Origin: Patescibacteria group bacterium | Lineage (GTDB): Bacteria; Patescibacteriota; Microgenomatia; Levybacterales; UBA12049 | DNA: 44,209 nucleotides | Direction: 5' to 3' | Assembly (NCBI GenBank): GCA_023473545.1 | Contig: JAMCXO010000013.1 | Span: 1-44,209, forward strand | Part shown: positions 28,022-36,669 of the stretch, one piece after another | How positions within the stretch are numbered: position 1 is the stretch's first letter | Layout: each line of letters starts with the position of its first letter | The notes under the pieces: generated by a model | Database searches by the model: none | Told to the model about the DNA's origin: nothing | The model's input: only the letters and a program-made list of their open reading frames with translations | Translations under genes and position numbers: made by a program

Positions 28022-29083
28022 ATGAATATTCAGGATCTTTTAAGCTTAACAATTAAAAATAACGCTTCGGATCTTCATTTGCTTTCCTCTGTTCCGCCGG
28101 TTCTTCGCATAGACGGTTCCCTTTCGTATATAGGCAACCTGTCCCCCCTGACGGTCCGGGACATAGAGGCGATGGTTTTTTCCATTATTACTCCTGAGCA
28201 AAAAGAACTTCTGTCAACCAACAAGGAACTGGATTTTTCGGTTGGGTTTAGTCTTAATGAAACAACAGGCCGTTTTAGGGTCAACGCCTACTTTGAAAAG
28301 GGGTCTCTGGCTGTTGCCTTTCGTTTTCTCTCCTCAAGCATAAGGACGCTGGAGGAGTTAAAACTGCCAAAAGTGCTCCACAGCTTTGCCTCTTTAAAGC
28401 AGGGCTTGGTTTTAGTCGCGGGACCCACCGGTCATGGCAAGTCAACCACCCTTGCCTCAATCATTAACGAGATTAATTTAAACAAGGCCTCCCATATCTT
28501 AACCATCGAAGATCCGGTGGAGTATGTTTATCCAAAAGGGAAAAGCATAGTTTCCCAAAGAGAGCTTAGCATTGATACCCATTCGTGGGCGATGGCCCTT
28601 AGATCCGCGTTAAGGGAGGATCCTGATGTTGTTTTGGTTGGCGAGATGCGGGATCCCGAAACCATGGAGGCGGCCATCACCATCGCGGAGACAGGACATG
28701 TGGTCTTTTCAACCCTTCACACCAACTCCGCTTCGCAAAGCATAGACAGAATTGTCGGGGTTTTTCCTCCTTACCAGCAGCCCCAGATTAGAATTCAGTT
28801 AGCCGCCACTTTAAAGGGCATTGTTTCTCAGCGTCTGATGCCCCAGATAGCAGGCGGAAGGGTGCCGGCGGTTGAGGTTTTGGTCGGCACACCGGCTGTT
28901 GCCAGCAATATCAGAGACGGAAAAACCCATTTAATAGATTCTATTATTCAAACATCGCAGGACGCGGGCATGATTACCCTGGAATCAAGCCTTGCCTCTT
29001 TGGTTTTGGCAGGATCCATAACCTTGGAAATGGCAAGATCTTACGCTCTCCATCAAGAGGAACTCCTTAGAATGGTCGGTTAA
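28022..29083 (+). CDS. pilT: twitching-motility retraction ATPase PilT
   Basis: Walker A GPTGHGKSTTLAS, ILTIEDPVEY, VLVGEMRD and VFSTLHTNSA. The 353-aa size is typical of PilT. Confidence 0.9.
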   Translation: MNIQDLLSLTIKNNASDLHLLSSVPPVLRIDGSLSYIGNLSPLTVRDIEAMVFSIITPEQKELLSTNKELDFSVGFSLNETTGRFRVNAYFEKGSLAVAFRFLSSSIRTLEELKLPKVLHSFASLKQGLVLVAGPTGHGKSTTLASIINEINLNKASHILTIEDPVEYVYPKGKSIVSQRELSIDTHSWAMALRSALREDPDVVLVGEMRDPETMEAAITIAETGHVVFSTLHTNSASQSIDRIVGVFPPYQQPQIRIQLAATLKGIVSQRLMPQIAGGRVPAVEVLVGTPAVASNIRDGKTHLIDSIIQTSQDAGMITLESSLASLVLAGSITLEMARSYALHQEELLRMVG

Positions 29084-29085
29084 TT

Positions 29086-30294
29086 ATGAGGTACTCGTAT
29101 AAGGGAGTGACAAAAGACCAGAAAACAATTCAAGGCATAGTTGACGCGCAAAACAGGGAAGAGGCGGCGCTTTCCCTTAGGACCAGAGATATTCTCCCGA
29201 TCAGAATTGACGCGAAAGAAGAAGAAAAATGGGAAAAGTATCTTCCTTTTTTTAAAAAGAGGGTAGGGTTTTCAGAGGTTGTTTTTTTCACGAGGCAGCT
29301 TTCTTCGATGATCGGATCCGGTCTGACCCTGATGGATTCTCTGCGTATTCTTAAAGAACAGGTTACGGGCGAGGCGATGATAGCCATGATTAACGGCATA
29401 ATCAATGACGTGGAAAACGGAAAACCGTTTTCCGCCTCAATCGCCCAATACAAGGATGTTTTTTCTCCCATTTATGTTTCGCTTATTAAGGCGGCGGAGG
29501 TTTCCGGTCTTTTAGACAAGGTGCTTAAGAGGCTGGCGGACAATCTGGAAAAACAGCAGAAATTAAGAACCACCGTTAAGGCGGCCCTGATGTATCCGGC
29601 AATCGTTGTGATCGGCATGATAGTGGTGATGGCGATTATGATGATTTTTGTTATTCCCCAGCTGTCGGTGCTTTATAACAGTTTGAACGTTACCCTTCCC
29701 CTGCCCACCCTAATCGTGGTTAGCATTTCGACCTTCGCGATAAACTTCTGGCCAATTGTCTTGGGCACGATAGCCCTTGTTATTTTTGCCTATAAAAGAT
29801 GGAGGGCCACAGAAGGAGGGCTCTATATAATTGACAATTTTCTTTTAAGGATTCCCATTTTCGGAGAAATCACAAGGGATTCCATACTAACCGAATTTTC
29901 AAGAACCTTTGGGCTTTTGGTTGGCAGCGGAACATTGGTTGTTGACGCCTTAAATCAGGTTTCAAACACCACCGGCAACGTGCACTATAAAAACGCGATC
30001 CTCAATGTTTCAAGAAGGGTTGAAAAAGGGGTGAGCGTTGGGGATGCGATGAGTGCCTATCCCCTTTTCCCCCCGATTCTTGTCCAGATGGCAAAAATAG
30101 GAGAAGAGACAGGAAAACTTGACGAGTCGCTTCTTAAAGTGTCTGAGTATTTTGAAAGAGAGCTTGACCAAAGGGTAAAAACCCTGACAACCGCCATGGA
30201 GCCTTTTATTCTGGTTGTTTTGGGGATAGGCGTCGCGTTTTTGATCATTTCCATAATAACGCCTATTTATAGTATTATGTCTTCAATCAAATGA
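29086..30294 (+). CDS. pilC: type IV pilus platform protein PilC (GspF family)
   Basis: Two T2SS-F repeats and three TM segments. 402 aa. Located downstream of pilB and pilT. Confidence 0.88.
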   Translation: MRYSYKGVTKDQKTIQGIVDAQNREEAALSLRTRDILPIRIDAKEEEKWEKYLPFFKKRVGFSEVVFFTRQLSSMIGSGLTLMDSLRILKEQVTGEAMIAMINGIINDVENGKPFSASIAQYKDVFSPIYVSLIKAAEVSGLLDKVLKRLADNLEKQQKLRTTVKAALMYPAIVVIGMIVVMAIMMIFVIPQLSVLYNSLNVTLPLPTLIVVSISTFAINFWPIVLGTIALVIFAYKRWRATEGGLYIIDNFLLRIPIFGEITRDSILTEFSRTFGLLVGSGTLVVDALNQVSNTTGNVHYKNAILNVSRRVEKGVSVGDAMSAYPLFPPILVQMAKIGEETGKLDESLLKVSEYFERELDQRVKTLTTAMEPFILVVLGIGVAFLIISIITPIYSIMSSIK

Positions 30295-30374
30295 AGGCTT
30301 AAGTAAAAAACTTATAGGATATTGACAAGTAAAAAAAAATATGGTTTGCTATTTATAGGCAGAATTTATTTTAA

Positions 30375-31142
30375 ATGAAAATAGTTTCTAAAACCCGAAA
30401 ACATCTTTTTCTCTCCAAGGGCTTCACCTTAATTGAACTTTTAATCGTCATCGCCATCTTGGGTATTTTGGCAACCGCTGTCCTTTCGGCCATAAACCCT
30501 GTCGAGCAGATCAACAGGGGTAGAGACACGGGAACCCAATCTGACGCGGAGCAGCTTCTAAACGCTATTCAAAGATTTGATGCCAGTAAGGGGTATCTGC
30601 CGTGGCAGACTGGGGCGAGTGATTCCATATTAGGCACCGGGTCTGGATGTTCAAGCAGCTCCTGCACAGGCTTTACAGGTATTGTCGGCGGCGGTACGCC
30701 AGCCTATGATCCGGCTAATTCAACATCTCCTACGGCTCCAACTTTCGCAAGCGGCTACGCAAGCGCTTGGACAGTTGACGGAGTTGCTTTTGATAGCACC
30801 GCAACGGTGGGAGGGGTTGGAAGCAGCGTATTGGATGTGTTGGGTTCGGGTACAGGAGGGGAACAAGAGCTCTTGAACTCTTTTTTGCAGAGGATTACGG
30901 CGCCTGGATATAACACACTGTATGTTTTCAATGATGGAGCGACAGGAGCTTCTACCTATGTGTGTTTTGTTCCTCAATCAAGTTCCTTTAAACAAGCGGC
31001 TCTAACAAGATGGAACGGGGGAACCAGTTGCGGCGGGTCTACGTGCACAACCAAGGGGGTTCCCACGGACTTAACCTCACAGGGAACGTTGTTGCTCGGC
31101 TCAGGTAGCGACAATAAAAATGCCCTCGATTGTCTTCCGTAA
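30375..31142 (+). CDS. type IV pilin (candidate major pilin)
   Basis: Class III signal peptide MKIVSKTRKHLFLSKG|FTLIELLIVIAILGILA with Glu at +5. The C-terminal domain is G/S/T-rich with several Cys residues, and is visibly more GC-rich than the 5-prime end. Confidence 0.85.
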   Translation: MKIVSKTRKHLFLSKGFTLIELLIVIAILGILATAVLSAINPVEQINRGRDTGTQSDAEQLLNAIQRFDASKGYLPWQTGASDSILGTGSGCSSSSCTGFTGIVGGGTPAYDPANSTSPTAPTFASGYASAWTVDGVAFDSTATVGGVGSSVLDVLGSGTGGEQELLNSFLQRITAPGYNTLYVFNDGATGASTYVCFVPQSSSFKQAALTRWNGGTSCGGSTCTTKGVPTDLTSQGTLLLGSGSDNKNALDCLP

Positions 31143-31173
31143 GCACGTTTTTCCTCCCCGAGTTCTGTCCTTG

Positions 31174-31821
31174 TTATTTCCTTTTTGGCATAAACCGCAG
31201 GTAGAGAATGAATCCTGTTAAAATAATAAGGGGTATGATAAGCAGGATAAAATAACCGTGATGTCCGTGAAGCAATTTCAGTATCCTTGGTCCGAGCCTC
31301 TGCCCAAGAGAAAGATAAAAAAGAATCCAGAAGACAACGGAAACAAAAGTGCTTAGAATAAATGTTCGGTATCTAACCTCTGACATACCCGAGAAAATAG
31401 TGATCGGAATCCGAAAGCCCGGTATATGGCGGCCGAATATGATCACCCACACACCGTATTTTCTAAATTTTCCCTCGACAGTTAACAGTTTTTTCTCATT
31501 CAGATGAAGGTATTTCCCGAATTTTAAAACAATGGCCTGTCCATAGACCGCGGACAAATAATACAGGATTGAGGCGCCGATCACCACAGATAAAAGCAGC
31601 AGGGCAAAGGCAAGGGCGTAGGAAATCGCTCCTTTTGAAACAAGATAGCCGGCATAGGCTATATCAATATCCCCGGGAATGGGCAGGGGAACACCCGCTT
31701 CTTCCAGAAGAAGCGCGAGCATTGGGGCGAATATACCGTTATGAACGATAAATGCCCCCAGCCAGTCAGTGAAGGGGTCAATCTGGTTAAGTTCAAAAAA
31801 CGGGAAAAAATGATTAAACAT
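31174..31821 (-). CDS. DedA family membrane protein
   Basis: Multi-pass membrane protein with the DedA signature region (VIIFGRHIPGFRIPITIFSG). Confidence 0.75.
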   Translation of the reverse strand: MFNHFFPFFELNQIDPFTDWLGAFIVHNGIFAPMLALLLEEAGVPLPIPGDIDIAYAGYLVSKGAISYALAFALLLLSVVIGASILYYLSAVYGQAIVLKFGKYLHLNEKKLLTVEGKFRKYGVWVIIFGRHIPGFRIPITIFSGMSEVRYRTFILSTFVSVVFWILFYLSLGQRLGPRILKLLHGHHGYFILLIIPLIILTGFILYLRFMPKRK

Positions 31822-31887
31822 AACAGGCCGCAGATTTTATTCCTTATTAAAGCAGGTTTTATATAGTTTTGTCAAAAAAGACAAAGA

Positions 31888-33177
31888 CTAAAAGCGTAAC
31901 TCCCCTAGCCACTTCCAAAGTGGGATAAAATTAAGTGTTATATCCTCTGTGGTTGTTTCTTTTTCAATGTCCCAGGTTATAACTTTTCCAGATGAGAGAT
32001 GAAGTGATCTGGCGGCTTTTATTAAAGCCTTGGTTTCTCTCTCCGGCATATCCGGAAGCGTTTCCGCGAAGGTAACTTGAATAAGTTCCTCAACGGATTT
32101 GTTGTTCGTAACAACAAAATCCACCTCATTGCCGAAGTAATCTTTCCAGTAAGTTGTCTCATATCGTGGATCCCACACCGCACGTATATGTAATTTTTGA
32201 AAAACCGCTTGCTCTATCAAATGGCCGAGGTTTTCCGACAATCTAGTACTAAACTGCGAAGTAAAGTAATTGTCTATTAAGTAAGACTTTTTAACTGTTT
32301 GAATCCTTTCTCTAACACTTCCCGAGAATACTTCTACTCTTGAATGAAAATATGACCAGTCCAACCATTGCATGTAACGAATAACAGTTGCCTTGCTTAT
32401 GGTATGCCCCATACTCTTTAATGAGTTGGCCAGCTTTGAGTAGGTATAACTTATGGTATTTGGCAAAAGCCTGAGTAGGTCTGAAAATGCTTCTTTATTC
32501 CTTAAGTTGTACCTTTCTACTATATCCCGATCAACAAAGGAGGAGAAATAATCTGAGAGAATCAACGGGCGTAGTCCCTCATCTGCCAAGACTATCTCTG
32601 GCAGGCCTCCAAAGGTAAGATATTCTCTGAGCAGGTTGAGTATCTGAGCATGAATTAAACTGTTTTTATCTATTTCTCTAAATCGCAAAAATTCGTTCCA
32701 ATTGAGCGGAAATACAGGAACTGTTATGGTTTGACCACGCAGCTCTGTTGGAATCTCTCGTGAGGAAAGTTTCGAAGATGAACCCGATAAAATAAGTCGG
32801 TGTTTAGTGGTTTCATTTATTCGACGGGCCCAGGTGCTCCAATCTGGAATTTCTTGTATTTCATCCATCAAAATCACAAATGGTTCATTTCCTTTAAGCT
32901 CCACTATTGTCTCTATCAGGCGACTAAGCGTTTCTGTCTTCTTTGGCACTCTTTCGTCCTCAAAGTTTATATAGACGCATTTTTCTTTGCCATGCTTTTG
33001 AGCGAAATCCAAAAGCGTGAAGGTCTTCCCTGCCCTTCTGAATCCCACTACTGATATTATTTTCTTGACGTTAGGATCAAAATACGACATTAGGCTAACG
33101 TCTCTGGGTTTTATTGCCGGCAATGGGTCGCTCCACCATTTTTTGAGTAAATCATTCAAAACTTGTTTCATATTCAT
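31888..33177 (-). CDS. AAA-type ATPase with a DUF4143-like C-terminal domain
   Basis: Walker A VVGFRRAGKTF, Walker B ILMDEIQ, and a C-terminal region typical of the AAA_14/DUF4143 architecture. The start is uncertain: TTG at 33192, ATG at 33177 or ATG at 33171. Confidence 0.7.
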   Translation of the reverse strand: MNMKQVLNDLLKKWWSDPLPAIKPRDVSLMSYFDPNVKKIISVVGFRRAGKTFTLLDFAQKHGKEKCVYINFEDERVPKKTETLSRLIETIVELKGNEPFVILMDEIQEIPDWSTWARRINETTKHRLILSGSSSKLSSREIPTELRGQTITVPVFPLNWNEFLRFREIDKNSLIHAQILNLLREYLTFGGLPEIVLADEGLRPLILSDYFSSFVDRDIVERYNLRNKEAFSDLLRLLPNTISYTYSKLANSLKSMGHTISKATVIRYMQWLDWSYFHSRVEVFSGSVRERIQTVKKSYLIDNYFTSQFSTRLSENLGHLIEQAVFQKLHIRAVWDPRYETTYWKDYFGNEVDFVVTNNKSVEELIQVTFAETLPDMPERETKALIKAARSLHLSSGKVITWDIEKETTTEDITLNFIPLWKWLGELRF

Positions 33178-33211
33178 CTTTCTATGATACAATATTAGCT
33201 AAGATTGTTTT

Positions 33212-33280
33212 ATAATATCATCATTATACAACAGTTGTCAACTTCGATTGTTTGACAAAGGTTAATTTTTGGTGTTTAAT
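33212..33280. promoter_or_regulatory. back-to-back divergent promoters whose -35 boxes form an inverted repeat
   Basis: TTGTCAA (33235-33241) and TTGACAA (33252-33258) are reverse complements. Plus strand: TTGACA (33252-33257), N17, TTTAAT (33275-33280), then 12 nt to the ATG at 33293. Minus strand: TTGACA (33241-33236), N17-18, ATATTA/TATTAT (33218-33212). Confidence 0.5.
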
Positions 33281-33292
33281 AAAAATGGATTT

Positions 33293-33496
33293 ATGCCAAG
33301 AATAATTGAAACAAATCCAAAAATTTTAGGAGGGCAGCCTGTTATAACAGGAACAAGGATCCCCGTGGCGCGAATTGTTGCTTTAGTTGTTCAAGGGTAT
33401 AAGTTAGAAGATTTTAAGAAAGAATATCCCTATTTAAATATAACCAAAAATGACCTTTTAACCATATTTAAGTATTATCAAAGGCAACTTGCGTAA
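33293..33496 (+). CDS. DUF433 domain protein (antitoxin-like)
   Basis: The core ILGGQPVITGTRIPVARIV is the DUF433 signature. The start was moved to the ATG at 33293 because the TTG at 33269 lies inside the promoter. Confidence 0.7.
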   Translation: MPRIIETNPKILGGQPVITGTRIPVARIVALVVQGYKLEDFKKEYPYLNITKNDLLTIFKYYQRQLA

Positions 33497-33524
33497 GAAT
33501 AAATCTCCCAGGAAATTACGGCGC

Positions 33525-33626
33525 AAATTTAGACTTTTGCTAGATTCAGCTTTTGCAAAGCCGGAATATTTTCCGAAACTTAGCAAGAAAGCAAACTTAA
33601 TTCACGCTGTTCATGATTTAGGTTAA
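33525..33626 (+). pseudogene. truncated DUF5615-like (PIN-like partner of DUF433) remnant
   Basis: Reads KFRLLLDSAFAKPEYFPKLSKKANLIHAVHDLG then stop. This resembles the N-terminus of DUF5615 proteins (MKFLLDENLP...L...GHDV.HV.DLG). There is no start codon and it is cut after ~33 codons. Confidence 0.35.
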
Positions 33627-33637
33627 GTAGCTTTAAA

Positions 33638-34468
33638 ATGATTATCTTTTTTGTCTTTATTCTGGGTTTTTGCGTCGGTTCTTTTTTGAATGTCGTGATT
33701 GATCGTCTGCCAAAAAACGAGTCAATTATCAAGGGCAGATCGTATTGCGACTCGTGCGGGAAGAAACTTTTGTGGTACGACATGGCTCCGATCCTGTCTT
33801 TTTTCTTTTTAAGAGGAAAATGCCGTTTCTGTCATAAAAAAATCTCAATTCAGTATCCCCTAGTTGAGTTTTTGACCGGGATTCTGTTTGTTTTGACAAC
33901 CTTTTTCGTAGTCAATAATTTTCAATTCTCAATTTTCAATTCTCAATCAATTTTAAATTCTTTAATCCTTAATTCTTTATCATTAATCATTCTCTTATAT
34001 TATCTTTTTATAGTTTCTTCTTTGGTTGTTATATTTTTTACGGATCTTAAATATGGAGTTATCCCCGACAAAGTTGTTTTTCCCGGAATCCTGATTTCGC
34101 TGGTTTACCTATTCTTGATTCATAATTCATTATTGCCGATTCGTTTTATCGCCTCCGCCGGGGCCTTTTTGTTTCTTTTATTCCTGCATTTGATAACCCG
34201 GGGCAGGGGCATGGGCATGGGCGATGTTAAGTTTTCCTTTTTGATGGGGCTTTTTTTGGGCTTCCCTAAAATTGTTTCGGCTTTTTACATAGCCTTCTTG
34301 ACAGGAGCCGTTTTTTCTCTCATACTGGTTCTATGGAGGAAAAAGAAGTTTCGGGGCACGACGATTCCTTTTGGTCCTTTTCTGGTTTTTGGAACCCTAA
34401 CAGCCTTTTTCCTGGGAGAAAAATTCATCATAACAGGCGTTTTAAATCAGCTTACGGCTCTTTTCTGA
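33638..34468 (+). CDS. pilD: prepilin peptidase (A24 family) PilD
   Basis: N-terminal Cys-rich region CDSCGKKL...CRFCHKKI. Catalytic Asp motifs (FTDLKYGVIPD and GMGMGDVKF). Multi-pass membrane protein. Confidence 0.9.
   Translation: MIIFFVFILGFCVGSFLNVVIDRLPKNESIIKGRSYCDSCGKKLLWYDMAPILSFFFLRGKCRFCHKKISIQYPLVEFLTGILFVLTTFFVVNNFQFSIFNSQSILNSLILNSLSLIILLYYLFIVSSLVVIFFTDLKYGVIPDKVVFPGILISLVYLFLIHNSLLPIRFIASAGAFLFLLFLHLITRGRGMGMGDVKFSFLMGLFLGFPKIVSAFYIAFLTGAVFSLILVLWRKKKFRGTTIPFGPFLVFGTLTAFFLGEKFIITGVLNQLTALF
33919..33946 (+). repeat. perfect tandem duplication of a 14-nt AT-rich unit (TTTTCAATTCTCAA x2) inside pilD
   Basis: Copies at 33919-33932 and 33933-33946, followed by related sequence up to about 33990. 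It encodes the low-complexity stretch NNFQFSIFNSQSILNSLILNSLS. Confidence 0.8.
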
Positions 34469-34992
34469 TTCCAAAAAAGGCATCAGGCGCGGGCGGATTT
34501 ACCCTGATCGAGCTTTTGGTGGTGGTTGCTATTTTGTCTCTTTTAACGGTTACTCTTTTGGTTACCCTTAATCCCCTTGTCCAGCTGCAAAAAGCAAAAG
34601 ACGGCGCAAGGAAATCGGATCTTGCCCAGATTCAAAGGGCCTTAGAAACCTATTATCAGGATCATGGCCGCTATCCCTCAAGCAACACAAGCTATCAGAT
34701 AATGGGCGATTCGGGTCCTGTTGGTTGGGGCAGTTCCTGGCAGCCCTACATTAATGTTCTGCCCCAAGATCCGGGCGGGAAAACCTATGTCTATTATAGT
34801 CCTTCTCTTGACAATGGACAAACCTATTATTTATATGCTAGTCTGGATAGAGGGGCTCAGGATCCGCAGGTTTGTCAAAATTTAAATTTGAGCACTGGAG
34901 AATGTCCGAGTATCGCGTCAAATGGTATTAAGCAGGATGCCTGCGGAGGGCCATGCGATTATGGGGTGTCGAGCCCGAACGTAAGCCCGTAG
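34333..34992 (+). CDS. type IV pilin-like protein (GspG-like)
   Basis: Prepilin motif GAGG|FTLIELLVVVAILSLL with the cleavage site at 34497/34498, and a later LPQDPGGKTYVYY motif. The only in-frame ATG (34333) lies 136 nt inside pilD. The functional start is more likely ATT at 34468 or CTG at 34465, overlapping the pilD stop. Confidence 0.8.
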   Translation: MEEKEVSGHDDSFWSFSGFWNPNSLFPGRKIHHNRRFKSAYGSFLIPKKASGAGGFTLIELLVVVAILSLLTVTLLVTLNPLVQLQKAKDGARKSDLAQIQRALETYYQDHGRYPSSNTSYQIMGDSGPVGWGSSWQPYINVLPQDPGGKTYVYYSPSLDNGQTYYLYASLDRGAQDPQVCQNLNLSTGECPSIASNGIKQDACGGPCDYGVSSPNVSP

Positions 34993-35000
34993 GGGGAATT

Positions 35001-35504
35001 ATGAGCCAGGAATTAAAAATTAAGAAGAATGGGTTTACTCTAATAGAGCTTTTGATCGTGGTTGCCATCATCAGTATTCTGGCAGCGCTTTTGATGGCAA
35101 ACTTTATCGCGGTTAGGCAAAGGGCGCGGGACGCGCAGAGAAAAGCGGACCTTCGGCAAATGCAATCCGCCGCGGAAATGTATAGGTCTGACTATGGATC
35201 TTACCCGACAGCCATTCCCAACTGTTCCCCCTCCAACTGTTCCCAACAGGGTTGTTCTCCCCCTTCCTTAATGGATGCGAGCTGTACAAAACAGACATAT
35301 ATGGCCAGGGTTCCCCAGGATCCTGCGGGCTCGGGTTATTGGAATGGCGGCTATTACTGGTACACCTCAAACGGTTCGACTTACACGCTTGGCGCCTGTC
35401 TTGAAAACACAAATGATGGTGACCCGCATGACACTACGACAAATCCCGATCTCAACGAGGGAAATTGCCCAACCAAGTTCTATTTTGTTTTGACGAATCC
35501 ATGA
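35001..35504 (+). CDS. type IV pilin-like protein
   Basis: MSQELKIKKNG|FTLIELLIVVAIISILAA, with SD AGGGGG upstream of the ATG at 35001. Also carries a VPQDPAGSGYW motif. Confidence 0.85.
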   Translation: MSQELKIKKNGFTLIELLIVVAIISILAALLMANFIAVRQRARDAQRKADLRQMQSAAEMYRSDYGSYPTAIPNCSPSNCSQQGCSPPSLMDASCTKQTYMARVPQDPAGSGYWNGGYYWYTSNGSTYTLGACLENTNDGDPHDTTTNPDLNEGNCPTKFYFVLTNP

Positions 35505-35508
35505 TTTT

Positions 35509-36126
35509 ATGTCCTGCTGTTTTTTAGACACCCGACTTTTTAAAAAAAAAGGGTTCCCTGTCCCTCTCCAAGGTTTTACCCTGATCGAGCTTTTGGTTGT
35601 TTTTTCGGTAATGGCGATTTTATCAATTATCGGCATTGCCGCGTTTGTTTCCTATAGCCATGAGCAGGCGATTAATTCCGCGGTATTAGACGTTAAAAAT
35701 ATGCTTCAGACCGCCAGAGCCGATGCCCAGTCGCAGATAACAGTGGATAGCAACAATAATCCTCTCTGTGTGAATTCTTCTCTGGCCGGTTACAAGGTTG
35801 TTATCTGTGATTTGAGTCAATCCGGCTGTCCAAGCGGCAAAACGAGCGGCTATGAATTATATCCTGTCTGCTCCTCGGGCACTCCCGTGACCGTGCCGGT
35901 TAAGAGCAATGAACTGCCCCCAAACATATCATTTGACTCGACCATTAATTCCAATAATCCGACGGTCTCATTTATGTTTAACGTGCTTAACGGTTCTGTT
36001 AGCTTTTTTGATAAAAATGGCCTGCCTGAGGCCGTCCCATCGGAAGAAATCGGTATTAAAAGCGTTTATGACAGCAAGACAAGAATTATAACTATTGCTC
36101 CGGATGGTTCGATAAATGTTCAATAA
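35509..36126 (+). CDS. minor pilin / pseudopilin
   Basis: Long leader MSCCFLDTRLFKKKGFPVPLQG|FTLIELLVVFSVMAIL with Glu +5. Confidence 0.75.
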   Translation: MSCCFLDTRLFKKKGFPVPLQGFTLIELLVVFSVMAILSIIGIAAFVSYSHEQAINSAVLDVKNMLQTARADAQSQITVDSNNNPLCVNSSLAGYKVVICDLSQSGCPSGKTSGYELYPVCSSGTPVTVPVKSNELPPNISFDSTINSNNPTVSFMFNVLNGSVSFFDKNGLPEAVPSEEIGIKSVYDSKTRIITIAPDGSINVQ

Positions 36127-36129
36127 GGT

Positions 36130-36669
36130 ATGGGAGAAAAAGGACAAACAATTATCGAGGCCTTGGTTGCTTTAGGCGCGTCGGTCGCCATTATTGCCGT
36201 TGTGGTAATTGCGGTAACATCGTCTTTAAATAATACCCTATACAATAAAAACCAGAATCTGGCAACCCAATACGCCCAGCAGGGAATGGAGATTGTGCGC
36301 CAGATTAGAGATAATAATTGGGCGGCCTTAAAGGACCTTGGCGGGAATCCCGCTAAATATTGTTTGGACGCCGGTCAAAAAACCCTGCAGCATCCCTCCG
36401 ACGATAAGGATTTAAGCTCTTCCGGCTGTGCGAAGCAAAGCCAAGGACTGAATCCTACTCCTTCTAATCTTCCTCCTTTTGCCAGGGAAGTTGATATTAA
36501 TTCTTCCTCCGCTGATTGTCAAACTACGGGTTTAAGGGTTACGGTGATCGTTTCCTGGACCGACGGCAAGTGCCCGACCAGTCCTTATTCTGATGTTTAC
36601 TGTCATAAAGTAGCCCTGAGTTCTTGTTTTTCCGATGTGGTGAATACCAATACCCTGCCGACACCATGA
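36130..36669 (+). CDS. minor pilin / pseudopilin (atypical KGQ leader)
   Basis: MGEKG|QTIIEALVALGASVAIIAVVV with Glu at +5. The stop overlaps the next start (ATGA at 36666-36669). Confidence 0.65.
   Translation: MGEKGQTIIEALVALGASVAIIAVVVIAVTSSLNNTLYNKNQNLATQYAQQGMEIVRQIRDNNWAALKDLGGNPAKYCLDAGQKTLQHPSDDKDLSSSGCAKQSQGLNPTPSNLPPFAREVDINSSSADCQTTGLRVTVIVSWTDGKCPTSPYSDVYCHKVALSSCFSDVVNTNTLPTP

Noticed and set aside
33580-33783. 67-aa minus-strand ORF across the pilD start, and the 102-aa plus-strand ORF at 4426-4734 across the pyrC 3-prime end.
   Set aside because: Both overlap well-supported genes or relics and have no motifs or translation signals.
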